From Lophium mytilinum (lineage: Eukaryota), in the NCBI GenBank assembly GCA_010093605.1, contig MU004183.1, positions 2,170,001 to 2,234,000 on the forward strand: a stretch of 64,000 nucleotides of DNA, in the 5' to 3' direction. Below the pieces are notes generated by a model. That model ran no database searches, had not been told where the DNA came from, and saw only the letters and a program-made list of their open reading frames with translations. The translations under genes and the position numbers were made by a program. Within the stretch, counting starts at the first letter, position 1; the number at the start of each line of letters is the position of its first letter. Shown here in pieces: positions 1-12,577 of this stretch.

Positions 1-131
1 CACTTCTCGCTTTCAAGTTATACTCTATTTTCTTACCATCACATTCCTTTGTCGCCGGCCGACCGTTTACATTCTCTCAAAAGCCATTTCAAGTCAACTC
101 GTTTCGTTATCACACGCCTTAAACCGCAACT

Positions 132-336
132 ATGAAGTTCACCGCCATTATCGCTGCTGTGCTCTCTTTGGCTACGTTCGTTGTTGCGGCTCCAGTTCCT
201 GCGACTGAAGGTGGGGACAGATACTGTCTTGGTGCAGGACCTCAAGCTAATTCGTGTAGATGTTAAAGAACGCCAGAACCATGGCATGTGCGTCACTTCC
301 GACGGCACCACAGTCACCCAGATCGAGGGCTGCTAG
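132..336 (+). CDS. Small secreted peptide precursor (~51 aa, 2 exons)
   Basis: ATG at 132 and a signal peptide MKFTAIIAAVLSLATFVVA-AP. Intron 211-259 (GTGGGG...GCTAAT...TAG). Exon 2 gives DVKER-QNHGMCVTSDGTTVTQIEGC*. Not in the ORF track. Confidence 0.7.
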
Positions 337-792
337 ACACACCACCCATGGAATTGAAGGGTGAAGGGATCCTGCGCGAAAAGGAAGGCTGACGACGAGC
401 ACGCGTAGACAGGCGACCAATCCAAACATTGCCTAAGAGTACTGTCAAATGGAGGTACGGGGTTTTCTGGGTCGTTGAAAGACCCGGTCGCTGTAGTCTT
501 GTTCGACATTGGAGTTTTACAAAGGAAATTAAAGCTTCTTACGGCTATTAGTAATGACGGATGCATATCATGGGAAGACTAGAGTGGAGGTTTTGAATGA
601 AACTGTACTGGATTTGATACCGAGTCTTAACAGACAGGAAGATGATGATAATGATGATGCTAGTGAAAGGGTATATTGCCGTATTTCCGAAGATGCCATA
701 TTGTAAATGCTAAGAGTGATAGTGTCGCCCCCGCTATAGACCATATAAGTCTCGGCCATGTCTTTGAAGCAAGAGATCAATTCCTCTCCCCA

Positions 793-1827
793 TCAATCAC
801 CCTCCCCGAAGTCACTGTGACCAGTCGCTGTTGCATGCTTGACCGCGTCCTTTTCACCCTTCCCCTTCCATCCGCAAAGATTGCATTTGATCGAGAACTT
901 CTGGGTATTGGTGTAGTATCCCCCCTTCTGTAGCTTCCGGCAGAGCTCTACGGCAGCTTCCAGGATCTCATCTGCATCGGCGTCGAAGACTTTCTGGTCC
1001 AGCTCGGCGCCCAAGTCTGCATGCGTATGCGGAGGATCTGACGGGCTGATTGCTATCGTATCGTAGTGGACCCCGGAGTACACCACAATACACCTCCGCG
1101 GTTGTCCCTCGTTGAACCGGTAAACATGCAGATTCTCGACGTCGATACTGCAGATCTCAACGCCAAATTGCTCCGACAGGATGGTGAGTTCAATGGATCC
1201 ACCCCACGACGACTCCATCTGTATCCACTTGCAGTACTCGTCGGGTGTTTGCTCGAGTGTGACGGCGTTGTATTTCTCCGGGTCATTTTGGATAGCTTGG
1301 GCAACCACTGATCGCAGCTCCGTCATGGCATCCAGCTCATCGCTCAGCACTGCGCTTGAGATAGCCCGGAACAAACAGCTGTTATCATCCGGCATGACGC
1401 GGAGTACTACAGTGGCGCCGTGAGAGGGCAAAGGTATTTCCGGTGGATCTTCGAGATTCTTCCGCCGCTTCAAGGAGAGAGGTCCCATCTGATCCTTCGG
1501 TTTCGACCTCGAAGGTATAGGGGGAGGTGTGAGGGTGTTCGATGTACTCTGAGAGGACGGATCTGAAGTGGAAGGTTGTGCGGAGCCTTCGCTTTCTCGT
1601 GCCAGTACAATAAGTTGTTCCCCGTTGAGTTTCAGATCTGTCTCTTTGAGGAGAGTCGGAAGACCGTAGAGCGAGGGATCGAGAGGCTGTGGAGGGAAAC
1701 CCCATTTAAGGTCGAACTCTGCAAGACTGGATGCTTCTGATATGCTGGTGAGCAGATCGCAGACAGTGGCGTCATCGGAGAGAGTGATGGTAGAAACGCC
1801 CGAGGGCGCTCGTATTCTTAAGCGCAT
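793..1827 (-). CDS. OTU1: Ubiquitin thioesterase OTU1 (UBX-like + OTU + C2H2 zinc finger)
   Basis: Catalytic motif MPDDNSCLFRA, WGGSIEL, YSGVHYD and C-terminal CNLC...H..ATGH zinc finger. The first true ATG is at 1827; the ORF track start at 1842 is TTG. Confidence 0.95.
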   Translation of the reverse strand: MRLRIRAPSGVSTITLSDDATVCDLLTSISEASSLAEFDLKWGFPPQPLDPSLYGLPTLLKETDLKLNGEQLIVLARESEGSAQPSTSDPSSQSTSNTLTPPPIPSRSKPKDQMGPLSLKRRKNLEDPPEIPLPSHGATVVLRVMPDDNSCLFRAISSAVLSDELDAMTELRSVVAQAIQNDPEKYNAVTLEQTPDEYCKWIQMESSWGGSIELTILSEQFGVEICSIDVENLHVYRFNEGQPRRCIVVYSGVHYDTIAISPSDPPHTHADLGAELDQKVFDADADEILEAAVELCRKLQKGGYYTNTQKFSIKCNLCGWKGKGEKDAVKHATATGHSDFGEGD

Positions 1828-2517
1828 AGTCGGTCGTGGCAAAGGTCGGTCGAGTGGATTCTAGAGGTAAGGTTCTCAAGCAAACAGGTCGTAGCAATCC
1901 TCGGTTCCTTCCGAGGCTCGGTCGCGGGCTGTGGTGCGATGCAAACACGCGGATTGAAGTGCAGGAGTCCTTTGAGAACAGCGAGGGGTGTGGTATCCAC
2001 GTATGGTGAGCTGTTGTCTGGACTGTACGAGCTCTTTGAATGGACACGAGGTGAGGAGGCGAAGGAAGAGTTCCGGGCAATAAGATGGTGAATGTCCAGC
2101 GCCCTGGTTGCAACTCCAAATGATAGACGCACCTGCACGTGCCCTTCGGTGTCGGCTTGGCGGCAACAAAAGTGTAGAAGCACGGTACCCACCGCTAGAA
2201 CAACGACGAAGTGAATTGAATATTCCAAAACTTTTTTAAATATATGATCAAACCAGGTAATTCGCACCCTGGTGTCAAATCTGTGATGCGACTTGTAGTT
2301 GTTGAGCTATAGGTAAAATGGTGACGAAACCTCGAAAGCCTTTGGCTTGAGGTCCTGCCAAGAGTTGACGGAAGGGGCAGTAGCGCTACTCACTAGCGGC
2401 AGATCGCGCGATCCCAGCTTCGCGAACTTCAAACCACGCGTTTCCCAAGTCATCCGAATGCCTAACGCTTCGCTACTCACGGGGTTTAAATACTAATTTA
2501 GGGCATTCAGAGCAGAC

Positions 2518-5376
2518 ATGGCAGCCAAGCGCGCCGAGAGCGACACACCGATCCCGTCGACAGAGACCAACCAGGTCGATGGCGGATCCTCGACCGTTAC
2601 CGAAGATGAGTGGAAGGGGATGTCGACCGTGATGAACAGCATATATGCGCATCGCATGGAAGAGTACGTATGGACTATACATCCTAGTTTGGTGGGGAAG
2701 AGAGGAGCTGTCGGGCGCATGAGCTAAGATGAATACGCAGTGGCTACGACCCTTCCAAAATCTTCCAGCGCAAAGTGAACAAACGAGCGGTGCCGGACTA
2801 TTACGACGTGATCAAAGAACCGATGGCGCTTAGCATCATCAAGCAGAAGATTGCCGCGAAGGAATACAAGAACTTCCTTGAATTTGTGAGGGACTGCGCG
2901 CTCGTTCCCTACAATGCCCAGGTCTACAATCTGGCCAACTCCCAGGCCTATCAAGATGCTCTAGAAGTCAAGGGTGTGCTGGAATCGGAACTCAAGAAGC
3001 TCGTTGACGAGAAGGTCATTACAGAGGAGGTTGCGACCCTTCCATACATCGGCGAGATTCCCGACCCGGACCAGGCAGTGGCGGAAGAAGAAGAGGAAGA
3101 GGATGACGAAGATGATGAGGAGGACGATGAAGACGGCGAGGGCGAGGGAGAGGGAGAGGACTCCGAGGACGACGGCAAGCGGAAGAGAAAGCGGGGTGTG
3201 CGGTCGACTGCAGCTATCGCGAAGCGTGAAGGCGGCGCAAAGGCCAAGGAGGACCCGGCGGCGAAGGCGAATGATCCCGAGTCGAGAAAGAAACGAGGCC
3301 GTCCCCCACGTGTTGACACCCCTATGGAGGCCCGTATCAAGGCGATCATGAAGGGCATTAGGAAGCCCAGGAACTCATTAAACAAGCTCATGGTCAGCCA
3401 TTTCGAGCGCGTTCCTGACAAAGCTGCTATGCCAGAATATCACCAGGAGATCAAGAGCCCAATGGCCATGGACCTCTTGAAGCGCAAGCTCAAGCGGAAG
3501 AAGTACAACTCTGTGGACCAGTTCATGTCAGATGTGGAACTGATGTTCGAGAACGCGAAACTCTACAACGAGGACGATAGCCAAGTCTACAAAGATGCTG
3601 TTCACCTTCAGAAGGAGGCCCGTGTTATTGCTCAACAAGAAAAGGAGAAGCCAGATAATGAGTACGTCATGGAAGAGGGTCGTCTGCCTATGCCGAACGG
3701 CATCTTACACAATGGCGAGCTATGGAAAGTTGGTACGTAGATGATCATGCAACGCATAGAAGTGAATGGCTCTAACGTTTTTAGGTGATTGGATTCACAT
3801 TCAAAACGCCAACGATCTTACCAAACCGATCGTCGCCCAAATCTATCGAACCTGGCAGGATGCTGAAGGCGGCAAGTGGGTCAACGCATGTTGGTACTAT
3901 CGCCCAGAGCAGACAATCCATAGATTTGATCGCCATTTCCTCGAGAACGAAGTGGTGAAGACGGGCCAGTATCGCGACCACCCGATCGATGAAGTCGTGG
4001 ACCGATGCTTCGTCATGTTTTTCACTAGATACAACAAAGGCCGACCTCGTGACTTCCCAGCTGACAAGGAGATATATGTCTGCGAAGCTCGCTACAACGA
4101 AGAGAAGCACAAATTGAACAAGATCAAAACCTGGGCTAGTTGCTTACCGGACGAAGTCCGTGACAAAGACTATGTAATGGACCTGTTCGACGCTCCACGA
4201 AAGCTCAAGAAGGTGCCTAGCCCGATCGCCTACTTGCTCAAAGACGAACAAAAGGAGACCGATGATCTCCCAAAACCCGAGTGGGGCGCAGAGAACGCTC
4301 CACCGAAGATTGGAGCCGTTCATAGGCGGCCTCGTGATCCGAAGGTAGGTCTTTCACTTCCTTCTCACTTGTCTACATGCTGACAACCCAAATAGGAATC
4401 CCCACCACCAGAACCGACTCCGACACCTCCTCCACAACCACCTCCACCTCCGCCACGACAAATATCAAACATTCAGCCTCCAGCTACGAACGGCTATAGT
4501 AACGACTCGCGGATGGACTACACCATGGGACAGCCCTCGGGACAGACGCCCATGCCTGCGCCAACCCCGCAACCCCAGCACATCCAGCCTAGCTACACGC
4601 CGCAGCAATCACAGCAATTCAATCAGCACTCCGCCTCACCTGTGCCTCCAATGCAGCATATGCCGGCCTCCCAGCCATCGAGCTTTTCGGCAATCACCCC
4701 ACACATGCCCTTTGCAACACCTCAGCCGACCCACCACCTGGCTCAATACGCGACGCCTCAGACACAAACCATGTATCAACAGAACCCAGTCAGAGCGCCG
4801 CCACTCGGGTATAAAACCCCGCAGCCCGTTGAGGTATATCACCTGAACGACCACGCCAATGCGAGCATTCCCCCGGAGATCCGCCAACAATTTCACTGTG
4901 ATGAACAAGGCCACGTTCTATTCTTCACCGCGCCTCCGATTGATCCTCAGACTCCGCAAAAGGAGGGTGCAGCACTTGGCCACTCAGCTAAATATCTCGC
5001 CGCGAAGAAGAAACGAGAAGCTTTGTTGGCTGCTAGGCGCAAGGCGGAAGAGGCCGAGCGCCCTGAGAAAGAACATTTGGCGAAGCGTAAGAGAGAAGAA
5101 GATGATCAGAAGTTCCAGGAAGCGGTAGGAGACTTGCGGGTGAAGGCGATGAAGTTTCTTGAAGATCAGCTAGCTGTGGCCACGGCGAAGGAATACCAGG
5201 TACTCTTCAATGGCGACGTGGAGAGTGGAATTGAGGCGACCGTGGACCAGCTGTCCGGAATGCAACAGACACAGGCGGAGCGGAACAAGACGATGGCAGA
5301 CCGCAAGGCTAAAGAAGAAGCTTCTGCCAATGTTCCAATTCGTGGCTTGAATGTCACTCTTGGTGAGAGCACTTGA
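2518..5376 (+). CDS. RSC1: RSC chromatin-remodelling subunit Rsc1/Rsc2-like (two bromodomains, AT-hook, BAH domain); spliced
   Basis: Bromodomain motifs (PDYYDVIKEPMAL; PEYHQEIKSPMAM...MFENAKLYN), KKRGRPP AT-hook and BAH domain (VGDWIHIQN...ACWYYRPEQT). Introns at about 2664-2740, 3733-3785 and 4345-4395. Confidence 0.92.
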
Positions 5377-5895
5377 GGGTGATGGAGCAAGGACTGTACT
5401 TTTAATTTCGCATGTGTGTGGAGTAGGGGAGTCTTGGAGTCGACTTCTGGGCTGATACGGAGTTCCAAAGGATTTCACTGCTTGTATTGAGAGTTTTGCC
5501 CGACTTGGCTTCTAGAAGAAGCTAATTTGTAGCTCGAAATAATCATCCTTGACCAATCAAACCCTTACACTTCTCCATCACCCAAACTGTAACCCAACCT
5601 GCGTCGTCGAAATAAGCGGCCGATTTGAGGCCTGTGCACCACCTCATCAACGTTGGATTTACCAATAATAGAAGCCTTCTTTTGAATTCTTTTTAACTTG
5701 TATGCTTTATGTAGCATGCAAACTCTTCGTATTAGAGTTCTGGGAATTATTTTCGAAGAGTTGGGGGATATTTGCTTGTTTTCGTGCTGTGCTGCGTGTG
5801 CCTCAAACCGGCCGCTTATTTCGACGCCGAAGAGCCCAGTCCCATCTTCACAGAAAGCACCACAACGTCCATCTTACGTCTCGATTCCCAGCAAT

Positions 5896-6633
5896 ATGCC
5901 AGCCGCCCCAGTCAACAGCGCAAAGACCTCACGCGTGAGGCGGCGGAAGAAGCGTACAGAAGGTAAGCTTCAAGCAGCAGAATTTTCATTTCATCTTTTC
6001 CCTTCGGTGTACTAAGCCCAAACGCGCAGTCTCGTCGTCTGAGTCCTCTTCGTCGTCAGATTCGGAGAGCAGTAGCGAGTCAGAGAAGGAGGTGAAGCCT
6101 GCTGTTGCTAAGGTATGTTTCGCCTTTGAAAGGATGGGGAGAGCTGGTGGCTAACGTGCCTAAAGGCTCAGCCGCCGAAGGTAATTAAGAAGAAGAAGAG
6201 CACGAGGAAAGTACAGAAGAGCGAGTCGCCCGAGTTATCGAAGAGCTCGGAGAGCTCAGAGGGGAGTGATAGCAGCGTAGGTAATTTTCTTGTTACCTCG
6301 ATTCTATACCAGGAGGAAAGACTTGCCACATTTCGATTCTAGCATCACTTTCTCTCCTCGCCCAACGTCTCGGACATACCTCTACTTCTTATACTTGGTT
6401 AATAAGTCTAACGTGGTCTATAGCCCCCACCAAAACCCCAAGAACCCAGCGAAGATTTCAAGTCCTTCTACCTCCGCAGAGTGACGACCGAGCTCGCAGA
6501 TGACCTCGACAAAGTGCGCCAGTCCAACGATTTCCACGACCGGAGCTTGCCAATGCTCGTGCATGCTCTGCAGCAGGGAGAGAGTATCTTCTCGAAGGAG
6601 GAGAAGGCGAGGATTCTTGCAGGGAAGAAGTAG
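5896..6633 (+). CDS. RSA3: Ribosome assembly protein 3-like (4 exons)
   Basis: Basic RRRKKRTE plus a Ser/Glu-rich N-terminus. The last exon DFKSFYLRRVTTELADDLDKVRQSNDFHDRSLPMLVHALQQGESIF resembles the Rsa3 C-terminal domain. Three GT-AG introns. Confidence 0.8.
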
Positions 6634-7273
6634 GCGGTGTGCTTTTGGGTTTCCTGGGGTTTGGAGTTTATAGGGGGAATTTGAATCTCTTTCAGGGCCG
6701 TGAGGACTTGACATCAAGATCGCGTGCTGAGTAGTATGTTTAGAGGCCCTTCAAGGTTTTCAGTCCCCGCTCAAAATCATTGTACGAGGAGGCTGGTTTT
6801 GAGTGTGGTGCAATAGGATGGTAAGAACGACTTAGTCGCCTTGTGGTCTGATTCAGGGCGTTGAAAATGTTGCATTGAATTTCTTCTTTGAGCTGTACCC
6901 GCAGGCGTCCCTCAGGGGTCTTGCTAGATGTTCAAAAACATCTTATGACTGCCACTGATTGGAGCCTATTGCATAAGAATGTCATTCGTAGATATCAATT
7001 ACAAGTTATTCACTTCAGCTCGTTGAAGGCTTTACATCTCAACCTTGGTGGAGATAGTACTCGGGGAGGGACTTCAAATCATCAACCACGTATGCAAAGA
7101 CATCACCTGGGGCATCTAACTCGAAGCGTCGTAGAAAGACGTGTTGACATTGATTTCTTTTTGCTTCCCCAAGTCTAGAGCTAGCAACCATCATCATGTT
7201 TATCGTAACGTCGTTGCGATCATTGACAACAAGAAGACGACCTCAGGAAGACCTCCACTAGATCTCAACGCTC

Positions 7274-8225
7274 TCAGCCATCCTTCCATTCAAACTCGAT
7301 TCGCCATGCCAACAAGAACGGATGCTTAATGATGACCATATCATGTGCCAGCTTCATGACCTGCTCCCTCTTCTCCTTCTTCTCTTGAATGGGCAATACG
7401 ACGAGCAAGTCATAAGCGCGTTGTAGTAGCTTCTCCTCGTACCCCCTCCGCGTCTCATCTTCATTTGTCCAATCGATGATGTTCTGGTATAAATCCTCCA
7501 ACTCGCTTTTTTGGTAGACCTCTCGCCTCGTTTCCGAGGTTACTTCTGCGATCCTCGCACCAAGCCGTGTCTTGCGCTCGCCAATAAGCCGGTTTATAAG
7601 CTCTGATTCCGACGTCTCCGTGATTTCAGCCAGGCGCGTGAAAGTGAGGGAGGGGTGCGGCAGGCGGCCTTCGAGGAACGAGTAGATAGAGCTGGTGGGA
7701 AGCTGCGTCGCAAGAGCTTTGGCGTATTGGGCCTTGGTGCCGTGCTTGCGGGCGAAGTCGACGAGCTTGTCGATGCTGCTTTGGGCACGGTGTGCATCTT
7801 CTCTGCGAGTTGTTAGATTTTTCTTCAGCTATGGTCTGCATTATAGGTCATGCACGTACGCAGCGGCGTAGATCTCAGCCAATCGAAGTCCCACGGGTAT
7901 GTATTCGTCCACTCCTGCCGGACCCTGGCTCTCCAACACACTCTCTAGGCCCCTCCATGCCTGAAGGTCGTCGGGTTTGATCTTGGTCGCGGACTCGTAC
8001 GCTTTGGCGGCTTCTTGGGGTTTGCCTGACTTGTCGAGAGCGCGCCCTAGAAACAACTTCCTGAGTTGCTGTTAGATCTAGATGGCCAGGTGAAATCGGT
8101 CGACCTTACGCGAAGTAGTTCTGCGCGTCCGATTCGAGGACCTTGTTGGCTTGGGAAATCGCTTCAGGCCAATTTTGGGCGTCTATAGCAGCCTTTGCCG
8201 CTTTGAGGGCTGCTTTGGCGGACAT
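7274..8225 (-). CDS. SKI3: N-terminal half (281 aa) of the Ski complex TPR subunit Ski3, encoded as a separate gene
   Basis: Exons 8225-8110, 8060-7860 and 7802-7274 join in frame (846 nt): MSAKAALKAAKAAIDAQNWPEAI...NYFAKLFLGRAL...QAWRGL...FLEGRLPHP...IGERKTRLGA...MVIIKHPFLLAWRIEFEWKDG*. This matches the Ski3 N-terminus as I recognise it. Confidence 0.88.
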
Positions 8226-8565
8226 GGTGGGGGAGTGGTCTGGCAATTTAGATTGAATCACCGTTTAGGACGTACGGGAATGAGAGGGCTGGGCATCTTT
8301 ACAAGTGAAGAAGATAGCTAGGAGCTATAGCTAGGAGCATTAACGAGTCATGCGTTGTAGCTGTGAATAGTGAAGAGGTGATTGTAAAAGCCTGGAACGA
8401 TTGATGTCAAGGTGTCGATCTGCCGCTAGCATGAACGAGGTCAAGCGTCTTCCAGCCCTACGCCCAATACCACCACACAGGCCACCACATCCCTTCGACG
8501 CCGCTCATACAGTCACCTAACCTTGTTCTGTCTATGGAAGCATCAGGTAATCATACGCTTTCGAA

Positions 8566-11500
8566 ATGATGGATCAGATAGGCCTCGGCCTAGACGGTGC
8601 ACAAGATCTTCAAGACTTTGATATTGGCGTCGTCCGCGAATTCATCACGTTCTTCCCTGACAATGGCCTCTCCAAGGTCCTGAAGGGTTATCTGAGTAGT
8701 GGCGCCTCTCAATTTCCTCTAAAAGCAGCCAGTGCTACCGAAGAAGGAGGTGTCAGCCTCGAGGAGGACGAAGAAGATGTGCCCCTCACTTCGGAAGATT
8801 GTTTGGTGCTCATGACGGTTAATTCCCTATTCTTTCAGATTATACTTTCGACTGATAATTTATAAGGACGGCGTAGACGAGGCCAAAGACTCAGTTCTAG
8901 CCCACCGCCTGATGAGCGAGTACTATCTGTTTCTAGAAGAGTATGAAAGCGCCGTCGAGACTACCCGTAGGGGAGTCAAGCTTGTTGCTATCGAGACTAA
9001 GAAGTCGGGCCTCAAATTCCAAAAGTAGGATGCCCTGTCTTTTTCATTCTGAATATTGAATTAAAATGGTTGTGTAGGATTCTAGATGCGTTCAATAGCA
9101 CCCTCGCGACAGCATTGATCCACCACCAGGCCCCAAAAAATCATCCAGAAGCAAGAGAAATATTCGAAGAGATTCTTCTTCGAAAGCCACAATTCACTCC
9201 TGCCCTTATAGGGCTTGGTCTGATCTTAGAAGAGGAAGAAGAGTACGCCGAAGCAGTTACGTTTCTTGACAAAGCCTTCGAGAATGACCCGGGCAATGTA
9301 CGCATCGGCGCCGAAGCAGCCTGGTGTCGAGCGCTCAACGGAGATTATACCACTGGTCTGCGTGAGCTCGAAGAGTTCCTTGAGTATCCTCAGATGGATT
9401 TGAAGCTGCCTCGCGCTAGAGAGCTCCGAGCGCAGACATTGTATCGAATCGGTATCTGCCTTTGGGAATTGGACTCTTCTGCCGCTGCTCGGAAGGATCG
9501 ACAAGGAGCATATGCAAAATTCCTTGCCTCCATAAAGGCCAACCCCAACTTCGCACCTCCATATACCGGTCTCGGGATCTTTTACGAGGACTACAAAAAG
9601 GACCGAAAGAGGGCTCGACAATGTTTCCAGAAAGCCTTCGAGCTTTCTTCCTCTGAACTAATCGCAGCCGAACGTCTTGCCAGGTCGTTTGCGGATCAAG
9701 GAGAATGGGACATTGTCGAGGTTATCGCACAACGGGTGGTCGACTCTGGAAAGGTTAGGCCAGCACCTGGCTCTAAAAAGAAGAAGGGCGTAAGTTGGCC
9801 ATTCTCTGCTTTAGGTGTTGTTCAAATGAACAAGCAAGAGTACCAGAAGAGCATCATTTCGTTCTTGTCGGCCCTCAGAATCAGTCCAGACGACTACCAT
9901 TCTTATGTTGGATTAGGAGAGAGCTACCACAACTCTGGTCGCTACAATTCAGCTTCGCGGACGTTCAACTATGCCGAAAACCCGACGGATGGAGTCGACA
10001 TGAAGAAATCCGACGAGAGTTGGTTTACCAAGTACATGCTAGCGAACGTTCACCGTGAACTGGGTGAGTTTGAAGAAGCTATTCGAGGGTACGATTTAGT
10101 GCTAGAGGAACGCCCGAAAGAATTTGGAGTTTCCATTGCTCTACTTCAAACTTTGGTAGAAAGCGCGTGGAGGAATATTGAGACTGGCTTCTTTGGGGCC
10201 GCCGCCGATAGCGCTATACGAGCCATTGACGTCGCTATATCCGTGTCCGAATACAAGCCGCAAGCATTCAACTTATGGAAAGCCGTTGGAGATGCTTCAG
10301 TTATATTTTCCTGGGTTCAAGAGCGGCTAAGCGACATACTACTGCGGAAGATAGAGAGCCTGCTTAAGGTTGATGTCGACAGCGGCATCTATGGCCTCTT
10401 CCATGAGACTGATGGTATCGGAGCCGACCAACTTGATCTCCTGTCTGCAGACGGCCAGACAAGCCCTATGCTCGCTCGGTCTCTCCATGCATCGATTCTT
10501 GCACAGAAGCGGGCTATTCATAGCTGTGCAAACGATCTACATGCACAAGCAGTGGCTTGGTATAATCTGGGATGGACAGAACACCGCGCTCATGTTTGCC
10601 TGGAACAGAAACAAGATTCTTCCCAGGGAAAGGCAAGCACCACACTGCTTAGAGCAGCCATGAAGTGTTTCAAGCGCGCTATCGAACTTGAGGCAGGTAA
10701 TTCCGAATTCTGGAACGCTCTCGGTGTCATCACAACACCATTGAATCCCAAAGTAGCTCAGCACTCCTTCGTCCGCAGCCTGCACCTGAACGAACGTAGC
10801 GTGCGCGCATGGACGAATCTAGGGACCCTTTACTTGATCCAAAATGATTTGGAACTCGCTCACCAAGCGTTTTCTCGTGCACAATCTACAGATCCAGATT
10901 ACGCTCATGCCTGGCTCGGAGAAGGTCTAATTGCTCTCCTTTACGGTGATCCAAAGGAGGCCCTCTCACACTTCACCCACGCGTTCGAGATTTCCGACTC
11001 TGCGAGCTTAGTCTCCAAGCGCCAGTACGCCCTTTCGTCGTTCGACTACCTCATTTCCACCCCGTCTGCCTCGAGCAACATTACGAATCTCATACAACCC
11101 CTCTTCGCCCTCCATCAACTCGCATTCCAGAGGCCTGATGATGTGCCATACCGGCACCTCGCGTCCCTTTTCATGGAACGCGTTGGCAACCACGACGCCG
11201 CAAGTGAGGCTCTGACTTCTCTATGTGCAACAGCCGAGCAGGAATACGAAGAATCCGAAGCCCCGGCCTCGCTCTCCCGATATGCGCACGCGAAGACAGA
11301 CCTAGCGAGGAATAAACTTGCCGCCCACAACTATTCCGAGGCTGTAGAGGACGCAGAGACGGCATTAGATCTGACTTCTGACGCTGACTCCTGCTCCATG
11401 ACCCCCGAGGTGCTTCGCAAGACTCGACTTTCTGCTCGGCTTACATCTGGGCTTGGCCACTTCTACCTCAACGATATGGACAGCTCTCTGGCAGCTTTCC

Positions 11501-12090
11501 GCACGGCACTAGAGGAGAGTCACAGTTCGCCTGATGTTGTGTGTCTAGTTGCTGAGGTCCTTTGGGCAAAGGGCGGCGAAGAAGAGAAGTCGGTCGCTCG
11601 CGAGCAGCTCTTCGAGAGCGTTTCGAAGCACCCGGACCACGTTGGCTCGATCACGCTGCTTGGTGCCATGGCTGCGCTGGACGAGGATACTGAGACGATG
11701 GAAGCAGTTCACGATGATCTGGCTTCGTTGAGGACGAAGCCGAATCTAGATGTCATCCAGCTTACTCGCGTCGAGAAGGTCCTTGATGCCATTGCGTTCA
11801 TCAGCGGGGGTGAAGAGGGCGCCGAGAGGGAGACTAGACAGAGTATCATGCTTGCACCTGGGAAGGTGACTGGATGGGCACAATTGGCCGAGGTCAGCGA
11901 AGAGATATTCCCGGCACAGATGGCACTCAAAACGGCGGAAAAGAGTGTCCCGCCATTAGGCGTGCTGGGTGCGGTGGACTTGAGTGCAGCATTCTCAGGT
12001 ATAGGAACCCTGGGAGATGCTCAGAGAGCAGTCTCATTGGCGCCCTGGGCTGAAGGCGGCTGGGAGGCTATGAGGACTGTCCTCGAGTGA
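8566..12090 (+). CDS. SKI3: C-terminal part (~1140 aa) of Ski3, TPR-repeat superkiller protein
   Basis: Exons 8566-8817, 8867-9024 and 9078-12090 are in frame. Motifs include FFPDNGLSKVLKGYL, ARQCFQKAFEL, FWNALGV, AQHSFVRSLHLN and AFSRAQSTDPDYAHAWLG. An alternative start at ATG 8534 with intron 8547-8593 is also possible. Confidence 0.93.
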
Positions 12091-12577
12091 GGCGAGGCGG
12101 AGATTCATGAAGTCTGGAGGCGCGGAGACTCGTCTCGATCCTGATAAGCCCAAGACATCAAGATCAAGCATATCTTGTTTGGAGTATTGAGCGTGCGACT
12201 AGGCCCCGAGTAGTTCCCCTTCGTATACCTATACGAGACTAGCGTGGGAGTTGATTGGCGTGATGCTTACACTCCCCTGTTCTGCAAGTCGTGACTCGAA
12301 ATCCCTCAGCTTCGTGTGGCAATAGTGAATCACCTCGCTGAGACCTGCAGAATGCAGCAGCCGTTTAGCCATTTCCACACTGCAAATCTTGGCATGGAGG
12401 TGTGGTTGGTGAGCATAAGGGCGGATCACGTGAGAGATTAAGCGAGAGGCCAACTTTCGGGGCGAACGTCAATTTGAATTGATAAGCAGCGGATCGCACA
12501 AAACACCGACGTCGCCGTCGCCATCTTTCTTTCATCCTCCCTACCACCCCCCGAAACCTCACCTCGACACCTTCAAA

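Noticed and set aside
7274..8600. Trans-splicing or split-intein rejoining of the two SKI3 halves
   Set aside because: There is no GT donor at the required position on the N-half (the sequence after AAG G is ATGGCT), and neither end carries intein-like sequence. Not supported from sequence, although only long-read cDNA could exclude it.
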